Positions 49,749-62,576 are shown, counted from the whole stretch's first letter. The stretch is 63,867 bases of DNA, filler included, from Lenisia limosa (GCA_001655205.1; 12 parts of 12 records of this genome joined end to end with filler, not necessarily neighbours in it); one strand, 5' to 3'. Notes: generated from the letters alone by a model not told the origin. Numbers and translations are program-made.

Positions 49749-52700
49749 TGAAGTCAAACTTTCAGCTGAGGACCCCGCGTTGTGGAGCCTTGATCAGGGT
49801 GTGATGGGAGTCTGTTCAAATATAATTAGGGGTTTACTCCAATGGAATTCAGTTTTCTTGAGTCTTTGTGAACCACATGCAAGTTATTGTTCTTGAATTT
49901 GATATCCTAATTCGCTTACTTCCAAAGAATCCATGTCTCTTGCTCCGAACGCTACCCATGCAGTGACCGTGACGTGCAACCCCCCATGCTCGGTGGGCTC
50001 ATCAAACATGGGATGATTGTTTTGGGGTTTTTTTTTTGTGTTTTTTTTTGAAGCCCAAGTATTAAAAAGACGGACCAGTGATTTAAGATTATTATATACA
50101 TTCAATCTCTTAGAAGCGTGATGGCATTGCCATACTCTTAGAAGCGTGATGGAATGGCCATATGTTACGCCACAATAATCCTCCAGGAATCAGCCACACC
50201 CGTAGGCATGAACTCGAGCATTGCGTTCGCTTTCTCTGATAAGACTACAACAATGGCTGTCTGTGGTGTGGCCTTGACACCAAGAATACAGGTGGACTGG
50301 GTTATGCGTGGTGGGGGAGTTGATGATGATGATGATGGTCTTGATGATGGTGGTCTTGATGGTGTTGATGATGATGGTCTTGATGATGATGGATGATGGT
50401 GGTGATGATGATGGTGGTGATGATGATGATGTTGGTGATGATGGTGGTGATGATGGTGGTGATGGTGGTGATGATGGTGGTGATCACGGCTAAAACACTT
50501 TGGGGCAAATATTCACTGATGATGCTCGAAGCCCCCTTTTTGCTGTTATATTAAAATTGACTAAACTCTTTCTTGCTTTTGCTCACAACGTCCTCAGGTT
50601 GACCAGTCTTCCACTGCGCTGACATCTGACATTGACGGAGTACAACGATGCTGGTTACGCCTAAGAAACTCGGGGCAAATCATGGCGGACGTTGAAATCA
50701 AAGTTTGCTTCTGAAATGATATTTTTGCTTCACTATTTCGTATCAGCGAAGTGTCGAGCTTCGACAAGTACCTTTTTTGATTCCTCCTTTCTTCAATGTA
50801 TTAAATTATTTGAATCAAACACCCACCCTTTACCCCTCTTTCAGCCGCCCAAACACTTCTCATCATCGCCCTCGAAGCTGAGCATACCCGCTGGAAAGTC
50901 TGCCAAAATCGAGGTCTCAACCACGGCGAGAATGGAGGCGTCAGAGCACGTGCTGTACCTTGTCATGGGGTCTAAAGTGCTTTCGGTCAAAGTGGGTCTG
51001 GAGCATACTCGTACTACATATCTGACATGCACCACAGAGTATCATAGTAATATGTTATGCAAGAGCCCATTTTGAGGAAGGCTATCAAACCACCATCTAA
51101 CATCGTTCCACCGTACTCATCAAGGCTGATTTGAAATTGCTCACCAGTCTAACTTCCTAGCTTTCCTCCCCCGCTGTCACGAAGCCTGCCTTGACAGTCA
51201 CCCCCGCCGTCCTCACCATTATCGGCACCGCTCCATCAAAGTTGGTCACTACCTTCACTTCGGCTCTGATTAAGTAAACAAAACAACAATTCGATCGTGC
51301 TTATGTACCCTTTTCGGCCAGATACTCCCTTTTCATCTCGCATTTTTCCATCCAGATTTCACGATATCCAGGGGCCGGGTCGGGGTTACGATAACCGAAA
51401 CTTCGGCATCACACCGATTGGGCGTAAAAATTGAGCCGACAATACCGGGCCTGGAACTGAGTTGGGGGGGTCTGACAAAACAAAGACTTTTATCTGGTAC
51501 ATTGTATAGTGGATGATATATGATATCTTTAATGTCCCATCTCACCTCCACATCAGGCACTGACCACGTGACACTCAATTCCGGGGCTATTTCTCCCCTC
51601 AACATCTCCTACGTTCCGCCGCAACGACACACCCAAGAGGAGGTTGGGGGTATGTAAAGAGGAGATCGCAAAAAGGATGGCGGTGGCTTAGTTCTTTTTT
51701 ATTTTGTGTTTAGTAAGGTGCTGAAAGAGCAACTTGTCATATTTCAAATAAAATATTCTGATCAAGATTTCTTAGCTGTTCTAACATTGACATTGCAGAT
51801 CCGCTCTAAGATTGTGTTCCGCTCCAACAAAAGTGGGTGGGCGAAACCCCACATAGCTTGGATTATTGCTTTGGCATTCCTATGGTCACAAAAAAAGACC
51901 AAATTTCTCGATAAGTTCAAAAAATATTGATATTTTACTGGTCTTTTTCGGACAGAAGGGAAGCTCTAATTATAACATGTCATATCTCACGTTTCTATTC
52001 TCTTCTCATTTTGCAANNNNNNNNNNNNNNNNNNNNNNNNNNNNNNNNNNNNNNNNNNNNNAATTAAAGCCCCCCCCGCCGCCGCGTATTATTTTCCTTT
52101 CGTTGTGTCATAAATCCAATTTTCCCCCTATCCCAGAAGTAGTGCGTACCGTGTCAGTTGTGATATTTACCACCGCGCCCGCCCTCTCAGCAGTTCAGGT
52201 GTCTCCGGTACGGGGTCTTTTGAGATCATTTTCCTGTTTCACTCCATCACCCACCCGAAGACCGTTCACCTCTTCTTGCCACCATCACCCGACCAATATA
52301 CATACACACATTGAGCGCACCGGACCCCAAGCCCCAAACCCTTTTCCATTTGAACCCCCCGTGATGGGATGCGCTTTACTATTGTTTGTTGTCAACCCTC
52401 GTGTGTTTCTCAAATGTTAAGCAACCAGAGTTGTGGGGCCTGGCAACCATAGGTTCTTATAAATTCCACACCCCCACAGACGCAGCTGCAGATATCGAAC
52501 AGCGGCACGGGGTCGGCTTGTATCGCCGCAGTCCCTAAGACCAGTGCCAAACCCTCGTTCGCCGCCGTTATCAAGCCCGGTGCGAGGGTATATTCATATA
52601 TCATATATAGTAGATATTTATTAGATGATATATTGCTTATCTGGGGGTATGTAACTTTTTCAACATTCCAAAAGCCAGCTCCTTCACGTCTGTAACCCAT

Positions 52701-52872
52701 CACAGAACACAGCGCCACATTCGAAATCACAGGAGCCACAGCAGTCTTCACAGCCTCCGAGGCGCTGCGCAATCTGACCATGGCACATGCCCCCTCGCTG
52801 CATCTCGGCAGCTCGCTGTATAAGTGGTCGTCCAGATGGTTCCAACAGAGCGAAACGAGGGCCTTGACTGCG
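49722..52872 (+). CDS. Hypothetical beta-sandwich (Ig/ASH-like repeat) protein fragment
   Basis: Many short AG/GT exons with alternating hydrophobic strands: INNTTDLTFEVKLS, PSKLSIPAGKSAKIEVSTT, TQLQISNSGTGSACIAAVP. The fold is a guess from the pattern. Confidence 0.45.
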
Positions 52873-52987
52873 TGGGGGGGGGGGGGGNNNNNNNNNNNNN
52901 NNNNNNNNNNNNNNNNNNNNNNNNNNNNNNNTTAATTAATTAANNNNNNNNNNNNNNNNNNNNNNNNNNNNNNNNNNNNNNNNNNNN

Positions 52988-53538
52988 TGACCCCGGACGG
53001 TGAAGTGACTGACAAGCCTGGGCCAGCCGCCGTGAAGTTTGCCAAGAGCCTCGGAATTGAAAGTGAATCGGTCAAGGCCATCATTGCCGACCCTAAAGTA
53101 CGTAGCCATGTTTTCTGACGTGACAGACTGGACCTGCAATTGACGACCTGGTTGCAACCGTCAACAAGGACGCCATCAGCAGAGCACAGGAAATCAAGAA
53201 ATGGGTCTTTTTGGAAGAAGACTTTTCCATTGATGGTTGGCGGTCCTATATGGCATTTATAGAGGTGGTTTTATTTCTGATATTAGAATGGGGGGGGGGG
53301 GNNNNNNNNNNNNNNNNNNNNNNNNNNNNNNNNNNNNNNNNNNNNNNNNNNNNNNNNNNNNNNNNNNNNNNNNNNNNNNNNNNNNNNNNNNNNNNNNNNN
53401 NNNNNNNNAAAATCAAGGGAAGGGAGGATAACAAGAACTGACACTCTAGGAGGTGAGCTTACTCCGACAATGAAAATCCGCAGGAAGGCCATCTGCACCA
53501 AATATGCTGACGTCATTGCCAACATCTACGGAGAGTAG
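52988..53538 (+). CDS. ACSBG: Long-chain acyl-CoA synthetase, bubblegum family, C-terminus
   Basis: VNKDAISRAQEIKKWVFLEEDFSIDG|GELTPTMKIRRKAICTKYADVIANIYGE*, the ACSBG-type C-terminal signature. Includes a 29-nt intron at 53098-53126. Confidence 0.85.
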
Positions 53539-53910
53539 CGAGTTGATACATTGCAGGCAGTTGGGAGTGACAAAGGAAGTCAACCATTTTATTGTTGAAG
53601 CAAGGTCTTGGTTACATAATAATAAATATCAATCATGGTACGTAAATACATGCACATCGTATCCTAATGTAATTCAATTATCCGTGTCTATTTTTCGTGT
53701 TAAGGTCAACTTCAGAACTTTAACTCATACTAGCATTCAGTGGTGGTAATAGTGAACTCCCCCCCCCCTCATAATACAAAATCAAAAACAATAAATAACA
53801 ATACCAATTAAAAACAAATTTGAGTTCAGAGCAGCTTCCTTTCTTTCAAGCTAAGACATGTAGTACCACAGCATAGGTGATATTTCATTCCATGCATCGC
53901 CACACAGTCA

Positions 53911-55900
53911 CTAACTTTGTTTGATGGCGTTCTCGATGACTTGGACAGACTCAGGGCCCACATTCCTTGCCAATTGCCATGGACTCCACGGTTTCATTTG
54001 ACCGAAATCGTTGACCTAAAGAAATAAACCATAATGAGGTTAAGTATCTCTATTTCGAGTTGCAATTCACCCCCCAATTCCATGTCGATTGAAGAGCCAA
54101 TATGGAGGGCTGGGAGGCAATGGCAATAAGAGACCCCCCTCACAGTACAACACAAAAGCCCTATCAATTTTAAGAGCACCACTATTGATCTTAAGTATGC
54201 TTACCGCCGCCGTTGTCATGGCTTCAGGGTCAGCACCAAGTTTCAAGTAGGTGTTATGGGCGGGTGATCTTTCAGCTTTATCTTTGTACTCATGATATGT
54301 TATAATGCGACCAAGTGGGGTTTGTCCCTTGGCATCATGCGAGTCCAACGTAAGATTGGGCATTTGTTGCAAGAGTGTTCTCAAAAGGTCTCCGTTAGGG
54401 TAGCACATAGGAAGAGAGGTATAAATAATCTATCAAAATGCGTTGACTAAAACACTTGGTATAAAAACTGACCCCCCCCCCCAATACAAGTTTATAGTTC
54501 TTTTGTACTAATACTTGACCATATCATCTATCTACATAACACATAACAGTGTGTTTTTTTTTCAGCACACTTGAGTTCTCTTATTCCATGTTTAAGCAAG
54601 TTCATTTCTTAATTATTATTGCATCCCCCCCATATTGATATCATTTCTGGCTCTTACATCTCTTGTCAATACATTTGTGTTCTATTTCAGCTATTTGTTT
54701 GTAAAAGTCTCTTCTTGACACACTTTTTAGGTCTTCTTTTGAGTGTCTTCGGTTATGTCTAATTAAAAACGCTATGAGCAGTTTTGCTGTTATGACTTAT
54801 AAGTTATTCTGTGAAATAATTAAGAAAAAGAGACCTTCTTACAAGAGACCGCTCGAAAATCTGGATATCCTGGAAAACGTTAAAAATAAACGAGAATATA
54901 TAATATACACGTGTGAGGACTGTTGGAAACATTGATCTGCCCCACCCACATTTGTGGCTTGTTCCGTGAGAACAGGATTGATGGATTCACTGTAGTGTTT
55001 TCCCTTGATTATTGTACCTTTTTCAACAATGCGATGCAGATAGCAGCACAACAAGTTATTAGTGGCACCCGAGGCAATATCCCATTTGATACATTAATTC
55101 GCTGGGTACATTATTGATTACAAAAAATACTCATGATATAAAATGTAGCACCTGATTAGAATAAAAATGATAAACGATTCCACCCATCCAAATAATATGA
55201 TGACGAGGAGTAATACTTGACCCCATAAATATGAGTAGGATTGGGAACATACATAAGGTTTCGTTATTTTGTTTGGGTTCTGATGAGGGTCTTTGAAGCC
55301 TAAATCTTGCAAAGCCTACACATATTACGGTAAATGATTAAATGAATAGGTACACAGAATACGAATAATTCGGTAGGCACAAACATATCGCGATAAAGAC
55401 CAAGATACTATTGGTTTTAACTCAAAAGGTTCGTACCCTCCGCTCAGTAAACATGACTTAGAGTTCTGAAATAATAGAATAATTACTATGTCCAGCCCAT
55501 ACTCAGAGAATGTAGTCTCTTGAAGTGATTGCCATTATCAACGTACTCTATGGGAATCAATGAATCCGCACATGAATGCATCTTCTCTCTGATTTTGGCT
55601 TTCGTAGTCAGTAAAGGCCTAAAGCAGGTTACTAAAATGCCATACAAACGTAAGACATTGAAAATCCTTTTACCTTAGGGTGCGGATATTGGTCAATGTT
55701 GACTGTTACGTCATCTGATTTCCAAGGATAAGGTCTTTGAAATGTCCTAAGGCGTTTCTTGCAACCCTCAACGTGATAAAAGAGAAAGCTGCCTGGAAGA
55801 ATGAAACAGAATAACGATCAAGGCAACGACAAAGTACCAGGGACTCACAATGCTTGATGGCTTGAGTATCTCTTTGAAGCATTTCAATTGAAGATAATTG
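53911..55900 (-). CDS. Hypothetical protein with an ankyrin-like repeat near the C-terminus
   Basis: Exon ~54200-54410 reads LLRTLLQQMPNLTLDSHDAKGQTPLG..LKLGADPEA. Upstream exons are weakly supported. Confidence 0.4.
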
Positions 55901-56492
55901 CATTTTATGAATATATTAGGTATAATTATATATAATATGATATACTATCACGTTTTGTGGCGACGACAGATTTTTGTCATACTTGAAAGCTGGCACACTG
56001 TTATTGAGCAGAAATTCATTGTCTTCCCATGAGGTTCCTTGCTAATTTGATATCATGTCGTTGAAAATTTCTCCATCAAATCACTAGAATTGGATTTCTC
56101 AAAAGAAGAAGTCATAATCACCATCACCACCATCATCATGATCTTGTGTTGTCATGCTGGTCAAATTTGCTATAAACAAGCCCCAACACCAGTTATGCTG
56201 TTGTTGCGAGTGTTTTCGTGGCTTTTACGTTTGCTTAATTTTGTGTATGTGTGTCTACGGTAGGAAGCGGGAAAATAATGGAATCTGTCTGCTGCTGTCT
56301 GACGGACCTGAGCATTCCCGAAATACTCCCGGGGCCCTTCAACCCGAAGGGAGTTATACCACGGACCGGGGACCGTCCGGGGTACAGAGAAGGAAATATT
56401 GGTTTTCATGGTTCTCAAATCGGCCTTTTTGCGCGGTATATTTGTCTGTTTATTTTGAGTGTTATATATTTGTAGTAAGGAAAGAATAAATC

Positions 56493-58338
56493 ATGTCAGA
56501 CCTTGAAGATGGCACCGATGTTGGTGATAGAACCTATGATGGCACTGTTGAAGGGACAATGGCACCACCTCCAGGTGTCCCTGTTGATCAGGAGGGCGAG
56601 ATGATGACATTTACACCCTCCCCTGAAGCAAAGTTTGAAGCTGACAGCCGTGCCAAAGGTGAGACTCGGCTTATTTGATTTACTTACATTTTCAGAGAAG
56701 GCTATGCGGATCAGGAGGAAAAAGGCAAAGGTAAGTCTCGGCTTGGCTGATTTTTTTATCGTTTAGTTTGCCCACTGCTTCTCCCCAGGCATGGAGATGG
56801 AATACACACCCAGAAATGTTCTTGACCAGGACCTCTGTGCGTGAGGGATTCGGGTCTTTTTTTGTTCGGAGTCTTTATATTCACCTCCCGCTTATTGCCG
56901 CGCGTGCTGGCTGGACTTATTTCATAATATATTGTACATCTACAATGAGATCTACATTAAAACAGAATTTAGAGAAACCATACCTAAGCTAGGCTTACCA
57001 TAGTTTTGGTTGTCTCACAACATCAGTGTTCTTCAAACAAAACAGTGGTGGCGCTAAAGTTCTCTATGCAGAAGCCGTGGACCATGTATGTTGGATTGGA
57101 TCAAAGAGTGATGGAATGGCCATTAATATGGGTGGAATTTGATGGGGCCCGAAGGCTTTTGTTCCTGGTTGCTTTTCTTGGTTTCCTTGTTGATGCTTTT
57201 CTGACGTGGCAGTATCTTCACCGCAAGAGAGAAAGCCGCTTCCTGGTTCTGACACAACATCGTCTTCTGCTCTTTGGCAAGAAGTCCTTCAAGAAAGTTC
57301 TGGAAGTGGGAGGGCTGTTCTTTTGTAGAAGCTGGATTTCTTTTTGTGTTGAACGGATTCCCCTTTTAAACTATTTAGGTCAAGGAATCCCAGCCAATTA
57401 TTGATCTTGTTAAAATCGAATCCAAATTTGCTGAACAAGTTTGTGAGATTCCTGAAGTGTTCTCTGCGTGTTATTTTTTTTTATATATCTTAATCTTTTG
57501 GTTCTTCCGACAAAGTACCGATAAAAATGGCACAAACTTATTCTTGTGTTGGTCCGCTAACACATCAGTTGATCTTGACCTTCGAAAACAAAAGAGACTT
57601 CCATGAGAAGAAGTCTGCTGATGTCACCACTGTTGTTGAAGTGCGTGTTGAATACAAGCCAAGAATTCCGCTGGAAATCATCTTGAGGTGTGATGTTGTA
57701 AGTTCTTTCTAATTTTCGTGAACATTGCTTTACCCGCCCTTTTTAACACTATTGAACTTCTGGTGACGACATTTGTCAATTTCTTAAAGCAGAGTTTCAA
57801 ATGGAAAGTTGTCTCGGATATCCGAAGCACGCTATTCTTAACTGTGCGTCATATTGAACGTGAATCACGCCACTTTTGCCTCTTTTACTCCTGTCTCAAA
57901 TCGACTTAAGAGTCATTATCAAAACAAATAGGAATATACATAATCAATCCAAGGAAGGCTTATTCTTCGATAATTAAACTGCTATCCGAGACATCTATCC
58001 CATTTGAAACCTGCTTTAATATCTTTTTATTATTATTTAGAGTTTTCTCATTCTGTGTATCCCTTTATTACCGAATCCCCACATGCACTGATCTCGTGTA
58101 GGGTGTACCACTCGCTCACTTCGTTCCTGGCTGTCCAAAACTATCTTGATGTTTGCTAGGGNNNNNNNNNNNNNNNNNNNNNNNNNNNNNNNNNNNNNNN
58201 NNNNNNNNNNATTTCTCTTTAGAAATCTTTGGTACACTTGTGGGCTTTTGTCAGCAAAGTTGCCTTGACTTCTTTTGTATTCCATTGGTCTTGATGATGT
58301 ATATGATATATTATTTAGCTATATATAGCTATATCTAA

Positions 58339-58380
<42 letters not shown>

Positions 58381-61300
58381 ACCATTCCGAGAGAGTCCAT
58401 TCTGATAACTCCAGATTACCCTTGTTGAAGGAGTGACAGGCAACAGGCAGAGAGAAATCCCAGATTATGACGATCCAGTATGGTGATGAGTTTGAGTTTC
58501 TGCTTTGCCTTGTAGAGTTGTCCAACACAGTCATAATGCGAAATTGCTGAATGTTTAGCCTCAACATTTGCGTTAATCTTCTCTGAAAACTAACCATCGT
58601 CCTATTTCCGCTGACAGTTCAGGAGAACAATGGTCTTGGTGGCCTCCTAGTGCACTACTATGCGTCGTGTGACAAGCGCGGGGTCAAGCCATCAGAGTCG
58701 TTCGAGAGCCATGTCCGTGGCTTCCTGGGCGGAGAGCAGGCCAGAAAGAGGCATCGCTACGACAGGGTTGGGGGGGGGGGNNNNNNNNNNNNNNNNNNNN
58801 NNNNNNNNNNNNNNNNNNNNNNNNNNNNNNNNNNNNNNNNNNNNNNNNNNNNTCTCGTTCATAAAACCAACCTTGATACTCGAGAGTTCTCTCAAGATCA
58901 GGTTCATTTTATATGAGGCGTACACAATGTATTGGATACAAGAGATTGAAATGGTCAACTTGTCACCTTCACATGTCTGAGTTACCACTTTAGACCAACA
59001 CAGGGATCGGCAGAGTGGATAGCAGGGACCAAATGAACAAACTGGAGCTCAACAAGTACTACGAGTAGGTTATTTGGTCAACCCTTCAGAATCCGCGAAA
59101 TTTTATACTGCTCTCTTTTTGTTTATTATTTAGGGTGGGGAGGGGGGTAGTGAAACTTCACATAAATTTCGGCATAACACCCCAGGGATCTTCTCATTAT
59201 CGAAGAAGAGTCACGAGGCCTTCCAACTGCCTTTAACATCAATGTATGGATCATGATTATGTGATTAAGGGTTTATCTTTTGAGTTGTTTTGTTGTTCCT
59301 CTTTAAAAGTATACCTCCCCTCTCATTTTCTTTTTCGAAACGGTTTTGTCTAACCTTTGACCCTTAAGGACTTCTGCTGGAGTGCCGTCATGGAGTCCCT
59401 CACGCACAACTCCTACATTCAGTATCTCAACATCAGCAACATTCAGCCGATCCGAGGCAAGCCCGCTGACTGTATGGGGGGGAGGGGTATCTGAGAGGTT
59501 CTTGATAATTATTATAAGCGGCAGGTACACAATACTTTAGTCGGTTTCAGCTTGCTGTGTGAGTAAAGGAAGTTTTCCTGATCTCTCAGCGCTTATGAGG
59601 CAATTGGCAAAAACTATGCGATACAACACCACGCTCACCAACCTGGAGGCTGCCAACATTACCGGTGGAGAGGTGAGTGGTGTGGCCTTCGTAGAATATA
59701 CCGATTACAATCGACTAGTTCCCTTATTTCTCTTTGAAATGAGTTACATTTGTTCATAGTCCTGACACTTGTCAGTTGGGCTGATAGAAGCATGGTGTCG
59801 CTGCTAACATCTTCAGCCCTGTGACATGGCGTTCCAAACACTGTGCCACGCGTTGCAGCTCAATAAGAACAACAGACTTCGAACTCTCAACTTCAGCAAA
59901 AACAGATTCGGCAGTACGCTGGGAACGTTTTACATCAGTGCAACTTGCCTGACTTTCTTGGGTTGTGGAATGTTTACTATATCAAATATCTAAATTAGAT
60001 TGGAGGGAGACTATTGGTCATAAATAGACATTTTGAGATCAACGAACGTCACCTTCCTAACCCCTGCAGTTGAGGGGGCTAAGAGGTTGACTGCTTTGTG
60101 TCAGCGGTTTGGCGAAAGAGGACACCCTGTTGAGCAGCTGCTGATTGCGGACGTTCTTCCAGGTGGGAGGGGGTCAAATGACAAAATCGATTTGGTGACA
60201 AGATTCGGCATCAAAAACCATAGACCACATTATAAAACCTAAGTAGTATTTACCATATTATATTACAAACGAAGTTGTCTTTACCTTGTATATTGGCAGA
60301 GGATTGTGAAATAATGCAGATTGGTATTAAAAAGAGAATACTTGTTGCTCCTTAAGAGCAACGTTTGATTTTTTGTCTAAGCATACCCGCTCGAGTTCAT
60401 CTTTCAGTGTCGCAAAAGGCCTCAGAAGCGGAAAGAGACATGTTAGCCCAGTTCTTCACAGAGTTCACTGGTCCTTACTCCCGACTGAAGGTATGTGGGA
60501 AGGTATTTATTAGGGCTTGGTCCCCCCCCCCCTTGTACGCTGGAGTGACGGGCAGTGCTGGCCTGAGCTTTGTTTGTTTTGTTGTTCTCAACTCTCGTGT
60601 GTTGTCAGCNNNNNNNNNNNNNNNNNNNNNNNNNNNNNNNNNNNNNNNNNNNNNNNNNNNNNNNNNNNNNNNNNNNCTACTTGGTTCTGACGATTTAGCT
60701 CCTGGACATCAGCAGCAATATGTTTGCCGAACACTCTATGGAGGAGTTCTACACCTGGTTGTCACGAAGCGGGGCCTCCCTCCGCCGTCTTGACCTGTCC
60801 TGGACCAACCTCTCGCCGTCTCGGCTCACTGCCGTTCTCCTGGGCGGACAGCACACCAAATTGGCCCGTATTTCGTTTGAAGGCATGCAAATTGACGCCA
60901 AGGTTTGAGGCGGTATTTGCTGCGTGTCATTGTGGGCTACATTAGAAAGCTGTCTTGACAGGGTTGTAAAGCAAATGATTGGGCGAGTTAATATTTTGCT
61001 ATAATAATCCAATGCCTCTTATCATCATGATGGTGTGTATGGTCAGATACTCTGTTGTTTTTTGCTCACATTCCTACTTAACGTTATATCGTTTGTGAGT
61101 TTGCTGAAGCGTTTCCCTTCAGTTCCAGAAGTGACAGAATGTCGCTATCTATGATACACTCTTGACAGCACTACTAGTTCCTTGACCTGTCCAGAGCCAG
61201 CAGTCATTGGCTGATATCATGGCGGCAAGCACGCACCTGCATATGGTGTGTCTCAACAACGTCGGTCTCAGCGTCAAGGGCTTCTCGTGGGGGGGAGGGT

Positions 61301-61869
61301 GTTTTGCATTGTAAAGAGCCAAGGAAGGGGGTCTTTTTTTGCTGTTATTTCCATCTTTACCCGCTTCCCACAGGAACTGCATTAAGGAGTATATGTCCAA
61401 CAAGTCCCTGTCAAAAACTCCGATTGCCTTCCATGCAGCCTCCAATAGTCTTTCTCGTTTGCTNNNNNNNNNNNNNNNNNNNNNNNNNNNNNNNNNNNNN
61501 NNNNNNNNNNNNNNNNNNNNNNNNNNNNNNNNNNNNNNNNNNNNNNNNNNNNNNNNNNNNNNNNNNNNNNNNNNNNNNNNNNNNNNNNNNNNNNNNNNNN
61601 NNNNNNNNNNTTAAGGTAAAAGAAAGCCTTTGTGTTTCTCCTGCATTTGACGACTGTTCACCCCTCCCCCCAGGTTTTGCCGTATTGAACGTTGTCCTCA
61701 ATGGAGGCAACTTCCTGCGTATTCTGGATGTCAGCGACAACAAGCTTGGCTTCCCAGGTCTTGAGGTGGGATGAGCATCGTATTTCAGTTTGGCGGACAT
61801 CATCTTTTACTGTCCCGTGGCGTGGACTGCAAATCGGCTTTGTGGTGCCTGCTGCAATTTGAAAGCGGC
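56493..61869 (+). CDS. CARMIL-like (PH-like plus leucine-rich-repeat) protein, 3'-partial
   Basis: RFLVLTQHRLLLF (PH-like), GLGGLLVHYYASCD, AVMESLTHNSYIQYLNIS, LCHALQLNKNNRLRTLNFSKNRF, LRRLDLSWTNL and LRILDVSDNKL occur in the order of CARMIL/LRRC16 domains. Orthology not tested. Confidence 0.75.
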
Positions 61870-62000
61870 NNNNNNNNNNNNNNNNNNNNNNNNNNNNNNN
61901 NNNNNNNNNNNNNTTAATTAATTAANNNNNNNNNNNNNNNNNNNNNNNNNNNNNNNNNNNNNNNNNNNNACGAAATCACAAGCCTCCCTCACCCCATCCC

Positions 62001-62576
62001 GTGGCTCAGCCCGAGCCGACAACAACGGCATCACGCTCCAATCAGAGTTCCAGCCCCGTACCGCCAATCCTAGACCTTTCCGATGATGATTTGTTTCAGT
62101 CCATAGGACCCGCGGATCTCCCGGGGGTTGATGAGATTTTGGAGGGCCATGGGATGGAGAAGGATGAAGGTGACAGACAAGTTGAGGAAAGTGACAGACA
62201 AGTTGAGGAAAGTGGTACTGAGGATGAAGGAAAGAAGAGTGGAGCGAGTGAGGGTGACGACAATGAGATTGATCAAAAAGCAGAAATTGAAGTTGAAAGC
62301 GAAGACGAGCCCAAAGATTTGGAAGGAGAGGAGGAGGAAGTAGAAGAAGGGCAAACGGGCGACATTATTGAAGATGAGCTTGTTGATGGAAAGAATAAAA
62401 CCGAGTGTGAAGAAGGTAGTAATGCCAACAGTGATGCTGGAGATGAAGAAAGGGAACAGAAGGACAAATCTGATCTTCAAAATTGCGACGTGCCTCTTGA
62501 GGGCCAAACCAAGCCGGACGAAATAGTTGTGTCTTCTTCGGATGATGAGTTTTTTGAAGCAGATGTGGGGAGGTAG
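62001..62576 (+). CDS. Highly acidic low-complexity exon of an unknown protein
   Basis: 191-codon D/E-rich open frame with an in-frame 21-bp duplication (DRQVEES x2). The scaffold is truncated upstream. Confidence 0.45.
   Translation: MAQPEPTTTASRSNQSSSPVPPILDLSDDDLFQSIGPADLPGVDEILEGHGMEKDEGDRQVEESDRQVEESGTEDEGKKSGASEGDDNEIDQKAEIEVESEDEPKDLEGEEEEVEEGQTGDIIEDELVDGKNKTECEEGSNANSDAGDEEREQKDKSDLQNCDVPLEGQTKPDEIVVSSSDDEFFEADVGR

Noticed and set aside
50302-50508. His/Asp/Met-rich ORFs here, at 3938-4519, and the poly-Lys ORF at 28285-28503
   Set aside because: They are translations of intronic trinucleotide or purine microsatellites.
51333-52781. Minus-strand ORFs 51333-51605 and 52410-52781
   Set aside because: GT/AG boundaries with G-run donors place the exons on the plus strand, so these are antisense shadows.
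8032-61925. Perfectly conserved palindromic TTAATTAATTAA repeated 11 times
   Set aside because: Always centred in a 100-nt N spacer with stops in all frames. It is an assembly concatenation linker, so synteny across it is meaningless.
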